Assembly: GCA_905480195.1 (NCBI GenBank)
Contig: CAJQPN010000017.1
Coordinates: forward strand, 6,233-70,232
From: an uncultured Acidimicrobiales bacterium
Lineage (GTDB): Bacteria > Actinomycetota > Acidimicrobiia > Acidimicrobiales > Aldehydirespiratoraceae
DNA: 64,000 nucleotides
Direction of reading: 5' to 3'
Part shown: positions 1-10,065 of the stretch, in pieces
Layout of the letters: each line of letters begins with the position of its first letter
How positions within the stretch are numbered: the first letter of the stretch is position 1
The notes under the pieces: model-generated
What the model was told of the DNA's origin: nothing
Seen by the model: the letters and a program-made list of their open reading frames with translations, nothing else
Databases searched by the model: none
Position numbers and translations under genes: made by a program

Positions 1-573
1 GAGGCGCTCAACGCGTTCACCAGCGAGCCGGCCGACGTGGTCTTGATCGATATCATGCTGCCCGGCATCGACGGCTTCGACGTATGCCGCTCGATCCGGC
101 GCAACAGTGACGTACCAATCGTGATGGTCACCGCCCGCGCCGACACCCACGACGTCGTCGCGGGCCTCGAGGCCGGTGCCGACGACTATCTGACCAAACC
201 GTTTGCGCCCAAAGAGCTCAGCGCCCGGATCCGTGCTCTGCTGCGTCGTGCTCGTTCACTCGACCCGGGCTCACCGCAGATGGTATTCGGTGACCTCGAG
301 ATCATTCCCGACCAAGGTGTCGTGCGACTCGCCGGTGAGGAGGCGCATCTCACCAAGACCGAATTCAGACTCCTCGTCGAACTCGCCTCGAACCCTGGTC
401 GTGTGCTCAGCCGTGAGGTGCTGCTTGAGCGAGTCTGGGGCTACGGCTACTTCGGTGACGGCCGACTCGTCGACGTCCACGTCCGTCGACTTCGAACCAA
501 GATCGAGCCCGATCCAGCGAATCCGAGCTATGTCGTGACCATCCGCGGCCTCGGCTACAAGCTGAAGACCTGA
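1..573 (+). CDS. OmpR-family response regulator (MtrA-like), 5'-truncated by window edge
   Basis: Frame is open from base 1. Receiver motifs DIMLPG and GADDYLTKPF; winged-helix motifs LTKTEFRLL, VDVHVRRLRTKIE, RGLGYK. Confidence 0.93.
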   Translation, partial: EALNAFTSEPADVVLIDIMLPGIDGFDVCRSIRRNSDVPIVMVTARADTHDVVAGLEAGADDYLTKPFAPKELSARIRALLRRARSLDPGSPQMVFGDLEIIPDQGVVRLAGEEAHLTKTEFRLLVELASNPGRVLSREVLLERVWGYGYFGDGRLVDVHVRRLRTKIEPDPANPSYVVTIRGLGYKLKT

Positions 574-584
574 CTCGGCAGATC

Positions 585-2000
585 ATGAGGAACGTCTGGG
601 GGCAGCTCGGACTTCGGGCCCGGATCATGGGCCTCTACGCGCTCGGTGGACTGTTGCTGTCGTTGATCATCGCCGTTGCGACGTTGACTCTGGCCCGGCA
701 GAACCTCTTGGAAGATCGCGAGGACCGAGCCTTTCCAGTCGCGGTTCGCAACGCAGCACGCGTCGAAGGTGCCTTGTCAGGCGAAACGGAGATCAAGGAC
801 GTGCAGACGATCTTCGATCTCCTCAACGTGACCGAGCGCTCGGTTGCGCTCGTTCGACTCGGCACGGAATCCACCTCCGGCAGCCCTCAGGTGTTCAACC
901 AAGAACTGATCCCTTCATCACTGCGAGCACAGGTCGACGCAGGGAACGCAGCACGAATGAGGACCCGTGTCAACGGTACCCACATGATCCTCACCGGCAT
1001 CCCGATCCCCGATGTGGACGCCGACTACTACGAGGCCGCCCTCACCGACGATGTCGAGGATGCACTCGACGCGCTCGGCATCATCGTGCTCGGTGTGGCA
1101 GCAGCCACGACACTCCTGTCGGCCGCGCTCGGCTCATGGGCCTCACGGCGAGCGCTCACACCGCTTGCCGACGTTCGTATCGCTGCGGAATCCCTCGCAG
1201 CAGGCGAACTCGACACCAGGCTCGAGCCCCCTGCCGATGCCGACCTTGCATCGCTCACGGCTTCGTTCAACGGCATGGCGCGTTCACTTGAGGATCGAGT
1301 CGAACGCGACGCCCGCTTTGCGTCGGAGGTCAGTCACGAGCTGCGATCGCCACTCATGACACTGAGCGCATCGATCGAGGTGTTGCAAAACGGTCGCGAA
1401 CAACTGTCAGAGCGAAGCCAGATGGCGCTCGACCTGCTCACCGACGACATCCAGCGCTTCACCCTCCTAGTCGAAGACCTGCTCGAGATCAGCCGGTACG
1501 ACGTGGGAACCGCATCGCTGCAGGCGGAACCGATCGACCTGATCGAGTTCGCTCGTCAATCGATCCGCCACCTCCCCCACGACAACGTGAACGTCGACTT
1601 CGGTGATCTCGAGCACCTTGTGTTTGTCGGCGACAAGCGCCGACTCGCCCAAGTGATCACGAACCTCGTCGACAACGCCGCAAAGTACGGCGCCGGCGCG
1701 ATCACGGTAACCCTCAGCGAGCACGACGGCAGCGCGTTGCTCGCGGTCGAAGACGAAGGCGTTGGGGTGCTCGAGGCCGAAAGGACCGTGATCTTCGACC
1801 GATTCTCGCGCGGCAGTGCCGGAGGGCGACGAGGCCAAGGTACGGGGTCGGGGCTCGGGTTGGCCCTCGTCGCTGAGCACGTAGGACTGCATCGCGGAAC
1901 GGTGTGGGTCGAAGACCGCGCGGACGGCAAGCCAGGTGCTCGCTTCGTGGTCCAGTTGCCGATCGATGAGATCTCCGAGTTTGAGGGGGAGTTCGAATGA
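585..2000 (+). CDS. HAMP sensor histidine kinase (MtrB-like)
   Basis: Two TM segments, HAMP region, H-box VSHELRSPL, N-box NLVDNAAKY, G-boxes VEDEGVG and GSGLGLA. Confidence 0.93.
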   Translation: MRNVWGQLGLRARIMGLYALGGLLLSLIIAVATLTLARQNLLEDREDRAFPVAVRNAARVEGALSGETEIKDVQTIFDLLNVTERSVALVRLGTESTSGSPQVFNQELIPSSLRAQVDAGNAARMRTRVNGTHMILTGIPIPDVDADYYEAALTDDVEDALDALGIIVLGVAAATTLLSAALGSWASRRALTPLADVRIAAESLAAGELDTRLEPPADADLASLTASFNGMARSLEDRVERDARFASEVSHELRSPLMTLSASIEVLQNGREQLSERSQMALDLLTDDIQRFTLLVEDLLEISRYDVGTASLQAEPIDLIEFARQSIRHLPHDNVNVDFGDLEHLVFVGDKRRLAQVITNLVDNAAKYGAGAITVTLSEHDGSALLAVEDEGVGVLEAERTVIFDRFSRGSAGGRRGQGTGSGLGLALVAEHVGLHRGTVWVEDRADGKPGARFVVQLPIDEISEFEGEFE

Positions 2001-2665
2001 AGCAGAGCCTCGTGCTGCTGATCGCAGGACTTCTCAGCCTCGTAGTGGGTTGTTCGCTCCCCACTGACGATGAGGCAGCGATCGTCGACCCCGAGGACCT
2101 GCCTGACGTGTTGCGCAGCGACCTCGAGGTGGAGGTCGAGGAGGCTGACACGCCCGGTCCACTCACGGTGACGTTCACCATCTTCTTGCTGGAGGTGGTC
2201 GGGGAACGCAACGTCGTGGTTCAACGCGACCGTGAGGTCTCACCCCAGACCGGGTTCTCCGACCGTATCGGATTGCTTTTCCGCGACGAGGTCCGCACCG
2301 AGGAAGAGCGTGAGCTCTACAGCAACGCTCTGCGGGAGTTCACACTCCTCGACGCCCAGATCAACGAGAACGACGTTGCAATCATCGACATGGTTGCCCT
2401 CGACGAGGAAGGTGCTCCGATCCCGACCGAGGCCGAAGTGCTTCGCAATGCGGCAGCGCAGTTGGTGTACACCGCCACCGGGCTCCCCGATGTGGTCGCA
2501 GTTCGTATCCGAATCAACGGTGAGCGGATCTCATTGCCGACGAGTGAGGGTGACACCGAAGGGGTCGTCGACCGCGACGACTACTTCCAGTACGACCCGA
2601 ACTTCGAGGTTCCCACCACGTCCACGACGTCTTCGACAACCCTGCCACCCGAAGAAAGCAGCTGA
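1997..2665 (+). CDS. GerMN-domain lipoprotein (LpqB-like accessory of the two-component system)
   Basis: Lipobox LVVGC; GerMN-like AQLVYTATGLPDVVAVRIRING; ATGA overlap with the kinase stop. Confidence 0.75.
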   Translation: MKQSLVLLIAGLLSLVVGCSLPTDDEAAIVDPEDLPDVLRSDLEVEVEEADTPGPLTVTFTIFLLEVVGERNVVVQRDREVSPQTGFSDRIGLLFRDEVRTEEERELYSNALREFTLLDAQINENDVAIIDMVALDEEGAPIPTEAEVLRNAAAQLVYTATGLPDVVAVRIRINGERISLPTSEGDTEGVVDRDDYFQYDPNFEVPTTSTTSSTTLPPEESS

Positions 2666-2668
2666 CGG

Positions 2669-3718
2669 TCAGGCAAAAAAGGACCGAGCGACAGCGCGAA
2701 GTTCGGGGCTCGTGTACTTGATCTGAGCGATCGCATCAGCCAGCGACACGCGAACCATCGAGCCGCACTGAAACGCAATCATTGAACCGAAGTCACCGTC
2801 GGCGAGCGCTTCGGCAGCCTCGACGCCGTACCAACTCGACAACGCCCGATCGAACGATGTCGGGGTACCACCGCGCTGCACGTGGCCGAGCACCGTCACA
2901 CGCGTCTCGAAACCGGTACGAGCCTCGATCTCGGCTGCGACCACATTGCAGATCCCACCCAATCGCTTATGGCCGTACTGATCGACTGGCGGCTCAGGGA
3001 TCTCGAGCGTGCCTTCGGCAGGTCGGGCACCCTCGGCGACAACCACGATCGACGCGAACTTCCCTCGGGCGTGGCGGCGAGTCAACGCCTCACACACATC
3101 GGCGATGTTGAACGGCTCCTCGGGAACCAGGGTCAACGTGGCGCCGCCCGCCAGGCCAGCCCATGTCGCGATGTGGCCGACGTTGCGACCCATCACCTCG
3201 ACGACCATCACGCGGTTGTGGGATTCGGCCGTGGTGTGGAGGCGGTCGATCGCATCGGTTGCGATCTGCACGGCAGTGTCGAACCCGAAGGTGCGTTCGG
3301 TAAGTCCGACGTCGTTGTCGATGGTCTTCGGTACGCCGACCAACGGAATGCCACACAAGTGCATCTCGTGAGCGCACGAGAGGCTTCCTTCCCCACCGAT
3401 CACCACGAGAGCGTCGAGCCCCCGGCGTTCCATGGTTTCCTGCACTTTTTCCATACCACCCTCGTGCATGAATGGGGTGTGGCGACTGGTGCCGATGATG
3501 GTGCCACCACGCGGCAAGATGCCGCGGCAACCCTCGACCGTCAACTCCTCCATCGAGTCATCGAGCAGGCCTTTGAACCCTTCGTGAACCCCGAAGATTC
3601 GCCAGCCGTACTGCCGTTCGGCCTTACGAACGACACCACGGATAACGGCGTTCAGACCGGGGCAGTCACCACCGCTCGTCAATACAGCAATCGTCGTGAT
3701 CTTGGGGGAGCCAGACAC
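2669..3718 (-). CDS. pfkA: 6-phosphofructokinase, probably ATP-dependent
   Basis: TSGGDCPGLN, IGGEGS, PKTIDND, EVMGR and LGHVQRGG motifs. Confidence 0.95.
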   Translation of the reverse strand: MSGSPKITTIAVLTSGGDCPGLNAVIRGVVRKAERQYGWRIFGVHEGFKGLLDDSMEELTVEGCRGILPRGGTIIGTSRHTPFMHEGGMEKVQETMERRGLDALVVIGGEGSLSCAHEMHLCGIPLVGVPKTIDNDVGLTERTFGFDTAVQIATDAIDRLHTTAESHNRVMVVEVMGRNVGHIATWAGLAGGATLTLVPEEPFNIADVCEALTRRHARGKFASIVVVAEGARPAEGTLEIPEPPVDQYGHKRLGGICNVVAAEIEARTGFETRVTVLGHVQRGGTPTSFDRALSSWYGVEAAEALADGDFGSMIAFQCGSMVRVSLADAIAQIKYTSPELRAVARSFFA

Positions 3719-3770
3719 GCATAGGACCCTACCGGCGCTTCACAAAGGCTGACGGCTATGGTCGCCCGCC

Positions 3771-5252
3771 ATGGGAATCGTGATCGCTATCGATGCCGGC
3801 ACGACCGGGGTCCGTTCCGTTGCCATCGACGAGTCCGGTACGCCGCTTGGGTTCGCATACCGGGAGTTCACCCAATACTTCCCGCAGCCGGGTTGGGTCG
3901 AACACGATGCCGAAGAGATCTGGCAGGCGGTCCTCGCGACACTCGGTGAGGTCGCCGAAACCATCACCGAACCGATCGCTGCGATCGGTATCACCGACCA
4001 GCGGGAGACGGTCGTGATGTGGGATCGGCGCTCCGGCAAGCCCCGTCACCGTGCGATCGTCTGGCAGGATCGTCGCACCGCTGGGCGTTGCGAGGAGCTG
4101 CAGAATGCAGGCCATCTCGACATGGTGCGTCACACAACCGGTCTGGTTCTCGACCCGTACTTCTCGGGTAGCAAAGTCGAGTGGTTGCTCACCGAAGGCG
4201 GCCTGGAGGTTGACGACGATCTTGCGTTCGGCACTGTCGACTCATGGCTCGTGTGGAAGCTGACCGGCGGCGTCCACATCACCGACACCACCAACGCGAG
4301 CCGGACTCTGCTCTTCGACATTGGCGAACTCCGCTGGAGTGATTCGATGTGCGACCTGTTCGGGGTGCCAATGTCGATTCTCCCCGAGGTTCGGCCGTCA
4401 TCGGAGCGCTACGGGATCACGACCGGCGGACTTCCCGTCCCGGCCGGCACTCCAATCTCTGGTATCGCCGGCGATCAACAGGCCGCACTCTTCGGGCAAG
4501 CCTGCTTCGAGCCTGGTCAGGCGAAGAACACCTACGGCACGGGTTCCTTCGTGCTCATGAACGTGGGGCAGGTCTGTCCGGATCCGGTGGAGGGATTGCT
4601 GACCACGGTGGCATGGACGCTCGACGTCGGTGGCGAATGGCAGACGAGCTACGCCTACGAGGGCGCCATCTTCGTCACAGGTGCTGCGATCCAGTGGTTG
4701 CGCGACGGGTTGGGAATCATCGATGACGCAGCAGAGACCGGACCTCTAGCGGCGTCCGTGGTCGACACCGGGGGCGTCGTCTTCGTCCCGGCGATGGCCG
4801 GACTCGGCTCGCCATACTGGGATCCTCGCGCCCGCGGCACCATTGTCGGGATCACCCGCGGGACCGGTCGGGCCGAACTCACACGAGCGACGGTCGAGTC
4901 GATGGCCTACCAGACCCGCGACGTGGTCGATGCCATGACCGCTGCGAGCGGCACGGGTGTGCGCGATCTCCGCGTCGACGGTGGCGCGTCGGTGATGGAC
5001 TTCTTGCTGCAGTTCCAGGCAGATCAGCTCGGAGTTCCCGTGATCCGGTCGAAGATCGCGGAAACGACGGCTCTCGGCGCTGCCTATCTCGCCGGCCTTG
5101 CCGAAGGTGTCTGGGACTCCCCCGCCGACGTCACCGCCAACTGGGCCGCCGACGGCGAGTTCGTGCCTACGGTCGACCGCAGCCGAGCAGACATCGAGTA
5201 CGCCCGCTGGCAGCGTGCAGTCGAACGGTCGCGGCACTGGGACGTGAGTTAA
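3771..5252 (+). CDS. glpK: Glycerol kinase
   Basis: [48 protein letters not shown]. Confidence 0.95.
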   Translation: MGIVIAIDAGTTGVRSVAIDESGTPLGFAYREFTQYFPQPGWVEHDAEEIWQAVLATLGEVAETITEPIAAIGITDQRETVVMWDRRSGKPRHRAIVWQDRRTAGRCEELQNAGHLDMVRHTTGLVLDPYFSGSKVEWLLTEGGLEVDDDLAFGTVDSWLVWKLTGGVHITDTTNASRTLLFDIGELRWSDSMCDLFGVPMSILPEVRPSSERYGITTGGLPVPAGTPISGIAGDQQAALFGQACFEPGQAKNTYGTGSFVLMNVGQVCPDPVEGLLTTVAWTLDVGGEWQTSYAYEGAIFVTGAAIQWLRDGLGIIDDAAETGPLAASVVDTGGVVFVPAMAGLGSPYWDPRARGTIVGITRGTGRAELTRATVESMAYQTRDVVDAMTAASGTGVRDLRVDGGASVMDFLLQFQADQLGVPVIRSKIAETTALGAAYLAGLAEGVWDSPADVTANWAADGEFVPTVDRSRADIEYARWQRAVERSRHWDVS

Positions 5253-6430
5253 CCCTCGAGCAGCGGTAACGCTTCCCGGAGGTTGCGGACCGCCTGCGCA
5301 ATGCGCTGCTCGTTCTCGATGAGCGCAAACCGGACGTTGCCTTCACCTCCGGGGCCGAAACCCACGCCGGGTGACAGGGCAACGTTTGCGTTCTTGACGA
5401 GCATCGATGCGAATTCGACGGAATCCATGTGGCCGTACTCGGTTGGGATCGGCGCCCAGGTGAACATCGTTCCCTTCGGCGGCTCGACGTGCCAGCCGAT
5501 TCGATGGAGTCCCTCGATCAGAGCGTTTCGTCTCGCCTCGTAGACGGCGCACGCCTGCTCCGGATAGTCGGGCGCCTCGTTCATGGTGACCGTCGCTGCG
5601 ATCTGGATGGGCTGGAAGGTTCCGTAGTCGAGGTACGACTTCATTTTGGCGAGCGCAGCCACGACCTCAGCATTGCCGGCCATGAACGCAACCCGCCAGC
5701 CCGCCATCGAGAACGACTTGGTCATCGAGTACAACTCGACTGCAACCTCCTTGGCCCCATCGGCTTGCAGGATCGATGGGGGTGCGTAGCCATCGAAGCC
5801 GAGGTCTGCGTACGCGAAATCGTGTACGACCACGACGTCCTGTTCACGGGCGAAGTCCACCACCCGCTGCATGAAGTCGGCATCGACACAGGTGGTCGTC
5901 GGGTTGTGTGGGAACGAGAGGAGGATCACTCGCGGTCGCGGCCACGAGTAGGTGAAGCGATCTTTCATCGCCTCGAAGAAGGTGTCTTGATCTTCACTGA
6001 GTGGAATCTCCCGCACGTTCGCGCCGGCGAAGATCGGGGCGAAGATGTGGATCGGGTACGAAGGTGCTGGCACCAACACGCTGTCACCGCTCTGGCACAG
6101 CACCCACATCAGATGTGAGAGGCCCTCTTTGGCGCCGATGGTGTTGATGACCTCGGTCTCGGGGTCGAGATCGACGTCGAAACGGCGCTTGTACAGGTCA
6201 GCAAATGCCTGACGGAGCTTGGGGAGACCCTTGCTCGACGAGTAGCGATGGTTGCGAGGGTTGCGGGCAGCTTCAACGAGTTTCTCGACGGCAATGTCGG
6301 GAGATGGCAGGTCGGGGTTCCCGAATCCGAGATCGATGACGTCTTCGCCAGCACGCCGTGCTTGCACCTTCAGCGAATCGATGATGGTGAAGACGTACGG
6401 GGGCAGACCAGTGATCCGACGGAATTCCAT
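5249..6430 (-). CDS. Class I/II PLP aminotransferase (AlaC-like)
   Basis: [25 protein letters not shown] and the PLP-lysine motif [15 protein letters not shown]. Confidence 0.9.
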   Translation of the reverse strand: MEFRRITGLPPYVFTIIDSLKVQARRAGEDVIDLGFGNPDLPSPDIAVEKLVEAARNPRNHRYSSSKGLPKLRQAFADLYKRRFDVDLDPETEVINTIGAKEGLSHLMWVLCQSGDSVLVPAPSYPIHIFAPIFAGANVREIPLSEDQDTFFEAMKDRFTYSWPRPRVILLSFPHNPTTTCVDADFMQRVVDFAREQDVVVVHDFAYADLGFDGYAPPSILQADGAKEVAVELYSMTKSFSMAGWRVAFMAGNAEVVAALAKMKSYLDYGTFQPIQIAATVTMNEAPDYPEQACAVYEARRNALIEGLHRIGWHVEPPKGTMFTWAPIPTEYGHMDSVEFASMLVKNANVALSPGVGFGPGGEGNVRFALIENEQRIAQAVRNLREALPLLEG

Positions 6431-6547
6431 ACATCTAGGCTACTGAGAAGGCAAAGCCGAACTCGGTGAACACTTCGCCTCGAGGTCAGGAAGCGGTGGG
6501 TGCCGGCCCGTCGATCTGTTCGGCCAGCCGCGGCGACCCGACAGGCG

Positions 6548-6997
6548 TCAAGCTCCGGACTCCACGTGGGTCGTGAAGTCGTTCACCGCAGTGCGAACGA
6601 TGCGGGCTTCGGCCCGCCGTTTCACGAACCCGGGCAAGGGTACCGAGAGGTCGACGGCAAGGTGGTAGACGACCTCGGTCGACGACGGATCTGACGGCAC
6701 CGGCAAGAACTCGTACTCGCCGTCGAGACGGCGCGCGATGTCGCCGCTCTGGAGCCGCCATGCGAGCCGGCTCGGATTCGATCCGTAGAAATAGCGCAGG
6801 GTGTACGTAGTGGATCGACCCATGGCTGCTGCTCGGAACTCGACGTCGACGGCACGGCCTTCGTCGTCGCGCGAAAGCACGCGTGCCATCTTCACATCGG
6901 AGGCCCAGTCGGGATAGCGCTCAAAGTCGATCGCAGCCGCAAAACAAGCCCCTGGAGACGCGGCGATAGTTGTGCGAACAGTGGCCTGATCAACCAT
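6548..6997 (-). CDS. SRPBCC/polyketide cyclase-dehydrase family protein
   Basis: DFERYPDWA, LDGEYEF and VYHLAVDLSVPLPGFVKRRA pattern; typical position near pimB in actinobacteria. Confidence 0.85.
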   Translation of the reverse strand: MVDQATVRTTIAASPGACFAAAIDFERYPDWASDVKMARVLSRDDEGRAVDVEFRAAAMGRSTTYTLRYFYGSNPSRLAWRLQSGDIARRLDGEYEFLPVPSDPSSTEVVYHLAVDLSVPLPGFVKRRAEARIVRTAVNDFTTHVESGA

Positions 6998-7013
6998 GTC
7001 AGGACCCTAACAA

Positions 7014-7475
7014 CTAGCTGTCGTTATCGGTGTTAATCGGCCGATCAGTTGGTTCAAAATCGCCGTAACGAGCTGCCCAAAGGCCCATCAGGCCGATACC
7101 AAGGATCGGGACCAGGGTTCCGAATGCCAGTGACGTGAAGGGGCGGATCGACGCCGTGACGATCCCCACGACGACCTGCAGAGCCAGCGCCCCAAGGAGG
7201 TGTCGCCGAACCGGCCGCGGTGAGCTCCCCATACCGAGATACAGACCCCCCACACCGATCGCATCGACGCGGCTTCGCTGGACGGCGATAGCGAAGGCCC
7301 ACAGCATCGTGATGATGCCCACGGCAAAGAGGGCAAGCGCAACGACCACAGCGGGCCAACGCAACCAGCTGGGTCCGATTGCGGCTGCAAACGCAGTGAC
7401 GGTGAACACGGCGGTCGCCTGCCACGACGAGCGGATGAGGCCGGTTCCCGGGCTCGGCAGCGTGACGATCCTCAC
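7014..7475 (-). CDS. Hypothetical membrane protein
   Basis: About 4 hydrophobic segments; start overlaps the glycosyltransferase stop. Confidence 0.7.
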   Translation of the reverse strand: MRIVTLPSPGTGLIRSSWQATAVFTVTAFAAAIGPSWLRWPAVVVALALFAVGIITMLWAFAIAVQRSRVDAIGVGGLYLGMGSSPRPVRRHLLGALALQVVVGIVTASIRPFTSLAFGTLVPILGIGLMGLWAARYGDFEPTDRPINTDNDS

Positions 7476-8608
7476 GATGGTTCCACCATTGCGTCAATCG
7501 CAGCGCCCAGTCGGGCGGCAAGCACGCTATAGTCGAATTCGTTCGCCGCTCGCGCTCGGGACGCTGCCGCCATGGTCGCTCGACGGGCCGGATCGCGCAT
7601 CAGCACGGCGATCGCCTCGGCAGCAGCCAACGGGTCGCTCGGGTCGTCGACGACGATCCCGGACTCGCCGTGCTCGACCGCTTCATGAGCGCCACCACTT
7701 CGCCCAGCAACCTGAGGGACACCGGCGGCGGCGGCCTCGACGAACACAATTCCAAATCCTTCCTGCTCTAGCCCTCCCCATCGCGACCGACACAGCATCG
7801 CGAACACATCGCCAGCTCCGTACAACTCGATGAGTTCGTCTTCTGACAGGCGGCCGACGAGCTGTACCGGCGCGCCGGCGTCGTCGATCAGACCCTGGAG
7901 GCGACCGATGTCACGCCCCTGGCCAGCGATCAAGACGGCGAGGTCGGGGAACTCCTTTGCGAGGATTGTGCTGGCGGCGATCAGCGTGTCCATACCTTTG
8001 CGGGGTACGAGCCGCGACACCGACGTGATCATCGGTTGATCGGGAGCGATGCCGTAGCGGGCTCGCACCGACGCGCGGGCAGCGGTGTCGAGTGAAGCGA
8101 AGCGCTCGGTATCGACACCGGGAGGCACAACCGTGCACGGTGGTAACGGGCGACCCAGGCTTCGTTCGCCCTCGGCTGCCGGGTAGCCGCCTGCGGCTAT
8201 CACGCCGCGTGCGTCGGCCAGCACGCGGTTGAGTAGCTGGCGGGTGCCAGGGATTCTTCCGGGAATCGTGACCTCAGCTCCGTGGAGAACGACACCGTAG
8301 GGAACGTCGAGATGGGGCCCGATCAAACCGACGGGCACAGCCGGATCAAGGATCACAACCTCGGCTTTGTACTCGGCGATCAAGCGATTCACGCGTCGGA
8401 TCAGCACCGGTTGCGGCAGCAACCAGGGCTCACGGCTGCGAACGATGGTGTGGTCTTGGGCGGCGTCGAAGGCCTCGGCACCTTGGTGGGGCGTCGTATG
8501 GACGACGACGTCGTCGGCGGGCAGACGGCGCCACAGTTCCCAGAGATAATTCTGGATGCCACCGATCTTGGGCGGGTAATCGTTGGTGACGAGCAGATGC
8601 CGGACCAC
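7472..8608 (-). CDS. GT4 glycosyltransferase (PimB-like phosphatidylinositol mannosyltransferase)
   Basis: LLVTNDYPPKIGGIQ, VSRLVPRKG, EGFGIVFVEA. Confidence 0.85.
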   Translation of the reverse strand: MVRHLLVTNDYPPKIGGIQNYLWELWRRLPADDVVVHTTPHQGAEAFDAAQDHTIVRSREPWLLPQPVLIRRVNRLIAEYKAEVVILDPAVPVGLIGPHLDVPYGVVLHGAEVTIPGRIPGTRQLLNRVLADARGVIAAGGYPAAEGERSLGRPLPPCTVVPPGVDTERFASLDTAARASVRARYGIAPDQPMITSVSRLVPRKGMDTLIAASTILAKEFPDLAVLIAGQGRDIGRLQGLIDDAGAPVQLVGRLSEDELIELYGAGDVFAMLCRSRWGGLEQEGFGIVFVEAAAAGVPQVAGRSGGAHEAVEHGESGIVVDDPSDPLAAAEAIAVLMRDPARRATMAAASRARAANEFDYSVLAARLGAAIDAMVEPS

Positions 8609-8617
8609 AGGCTGACC

Positions 8618-9703
8618 CTACGGCCGAGCGACCTCGATAGCGACGAGCGCATCGGGGTCGGCCATCACCTGGTGAGGGAGGGCGATATCGAGTCGGCGAG
8701 CAGTCCACACGGCGTGGGCGCGAAGCATCGGGTTCGGGGAATCGAGGTACTGCTCGACTGCGGCACGTACCGCAGGATCGGTGCCGTCGGCAACGTTTGC
8801 CAACACCAGGAGTGCGTTCCGGCGGACATAGTCGGGATCGCGATTTGCGATGTACCAGCGTCCGAGCCGATCCATCAGTGAGCTGTTGTCAGCCGCCAGC
8901 ACGTCGAGTAGGTCGATCCATGCCTCGTCGGCGCCTGCTCCCGATGGACGACGCATCCGGACCCGGTTTGGTGGGCAGACGTCTTGGCAGTCGTCGCAGC
9001 CGTATATCCGATCACCGAGCGCTTCACGGAACTCGACCGGGAACATGCCGTCGGTTTGCACCAACCACGCCAGGCATCGACGGGCGTCGATCACTCCCGG
9101 CTCGACGATCGCTCCAGTCGGACACCCCGAAAGGCACTGTGTACACGTGCCACACCCGTCGGAGACCGGTTCGGTGTGATCGGGAGCGATCACACCATCG
9201 GTCACCACTGCACCAAGAACAACGAGGCTCCCAGCTCCAGGGATAAGGATGTTGCTCGACTTTCCCCACCATCCAATCCCGGCACGGTGGGCTGCAGCGC
9301 GATCGACGAGATGGTTCTGGTCAGCTACCACGACCGCGCGGTGACCCTCAGCCCGCAGTGCTGCTGCGATTGCTTCGAGCGCGTTGCGAAGCATGGCGTA
9401 GTGGTCTTCCCACGAGTACGCCGCGACTCGTCCGACGACAACTCCGTTCGGCGGTGTCGGCGCCTCGCGCTGATAGTCGTAGGCCCCTACCACCAACGAT
9501 GCCGCTCCCGGCAAGACGTGCTGGGGGTCGGTGGAACGTGCCGGGTTGCGGTAGGTGAACTGCATACCGCCGTGCAGCCCTTCGGCTCGGCGGCGTTCGA
9601 TTTCGGTCCGCACATCGTCAAACGGAGAGGCATTAGCTGCTCCGACTGCACAGAGACCGGCAGCGAGTCCGATGGTGCGAAGCTCGCCGATCGACGGGGT
9701 CAT
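8618..9703 (-). CDS. queG: tRNA epoxyqueuosine(34) reductase
   Basis: CGTCTQCLSGCPTGA and DARRC...YGCDDCQDVCP Fe-S motifs, RAGIGWWGKS, C-terminal HEAT-like repeat. Start re-called to ATG 9703. Confidence 0.9.
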   Translation of the reverse strand: MTPSIGELRTIGLAAGLCAVGAANASPFDDVRTEIERRRAEGLHGGMQFTYRNPARSTDPQHVLPGAASLVVGAYDYQREAPTPPNGVVVGRVAAYSWEDHYAMLRNALEAIAAALRAEGHRAVVVADQNHLVDRAAAHRAGIGWWGKSSNILIPGAGSLVVLGAVVTDGVIAPDHTEPVSDGCGTCTQCLSGCPTGAIVEPGVIDARRCLAWLVQTDGMFPVEFREALGDRIYGCDDCQDVCPPNRVRMRRPSGAGADEAWIDLLDVLAADNSSLMDRLGRWYIANRDPDYVRRNALLVLANVADGTDPAVRAAVEQYLDSPNPMLRAHAVWTARRLDIALPHQVMADPDALVAIEVARP

Positions 9704-9719
9704 CCCGCCATGGTGCCAG

Positions 9720-9974
9720 CTATGCCACGCCGTTGCGGGATGCGAAGCGGGACGGAGGTACAAGGCCACCGTCGACGAGTAGTTCAACTGCCGTTTGTTC
9801 GTCTTCATCGAGCACGACCGGCGTGCCGGCTTCATGCCCCACGAGATACGAGACGAGGCAGTCATCGCACGCATCGGTGAACTGGGCGACGCAAGCGTCG
9901 CAGTCGATGGTGAGACCGGGGTCGGAGGCAAGCGCCGGCACGAGACGAAGGTGGGGAACGTGGGTGCGGGTCAT
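9720..9974 (-). CDS. Small Cys-rich hypothetical protein (CxxC...CxxC)
   Basis: IDCDACVAQFTDACDDCLVSYL followed by LDEDEQTAVELLVDGGLVPP; -10-like TAGGGT 7 nt upstream of the ATG. Confidence 0.75.
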   Translation of the reverse strand: MTRTHVPHLRLVPALASDPGLTIDCDACVAQFTDACDDCLVSYLVGHEAGTPVVLDEDEQTAVELLVDGGLVPPSRFASRNGVA

Positions 9975-9981
9975 GATTCGT

Positions 9982-10003
9982 ACCCTACGAAAGGGGTGTG
10001 ACA
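9982..10003 (-). promoter_or_regulatory. RecA-NDp/PafBC-type DNA-damage promoter (TGTCAC-N10-TAGGGT), leaderless
   Basis: Minus strand reads TGTCAC ACCCCTTTCG TAGGGT ACGAATC ATG, matching the TGTCnn-N10-TAnnnT spacing of mycobacterial PafBC promoters. Confidence 0.6.
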
Positions 10004-10034
10004 GCGAACCTCCTGTCGTCGAATACTTGACATG

Positions 10035-10048
10035 CGAACAGTCGTTCG
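10035..10048. promoter_or_regulatory. LexA/SOS box 1
   Basis: CGAAC-AGTC-GTTCG, the Gram-positive GAAC-N4-GTTC consensus, directly after TTGACA (10027-10032). Confidence 0.8.
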
Positions 10049-10065
10049 GGCATCGTCACACCTCC

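Noticed and set aside
9733-10065. N-terminal extension of the DEDDh nuclease and of QueG (to 9931)
   Set aside because: They overlap the small Cys-rich gene and the promoter elements; homology-like sequence starts later.
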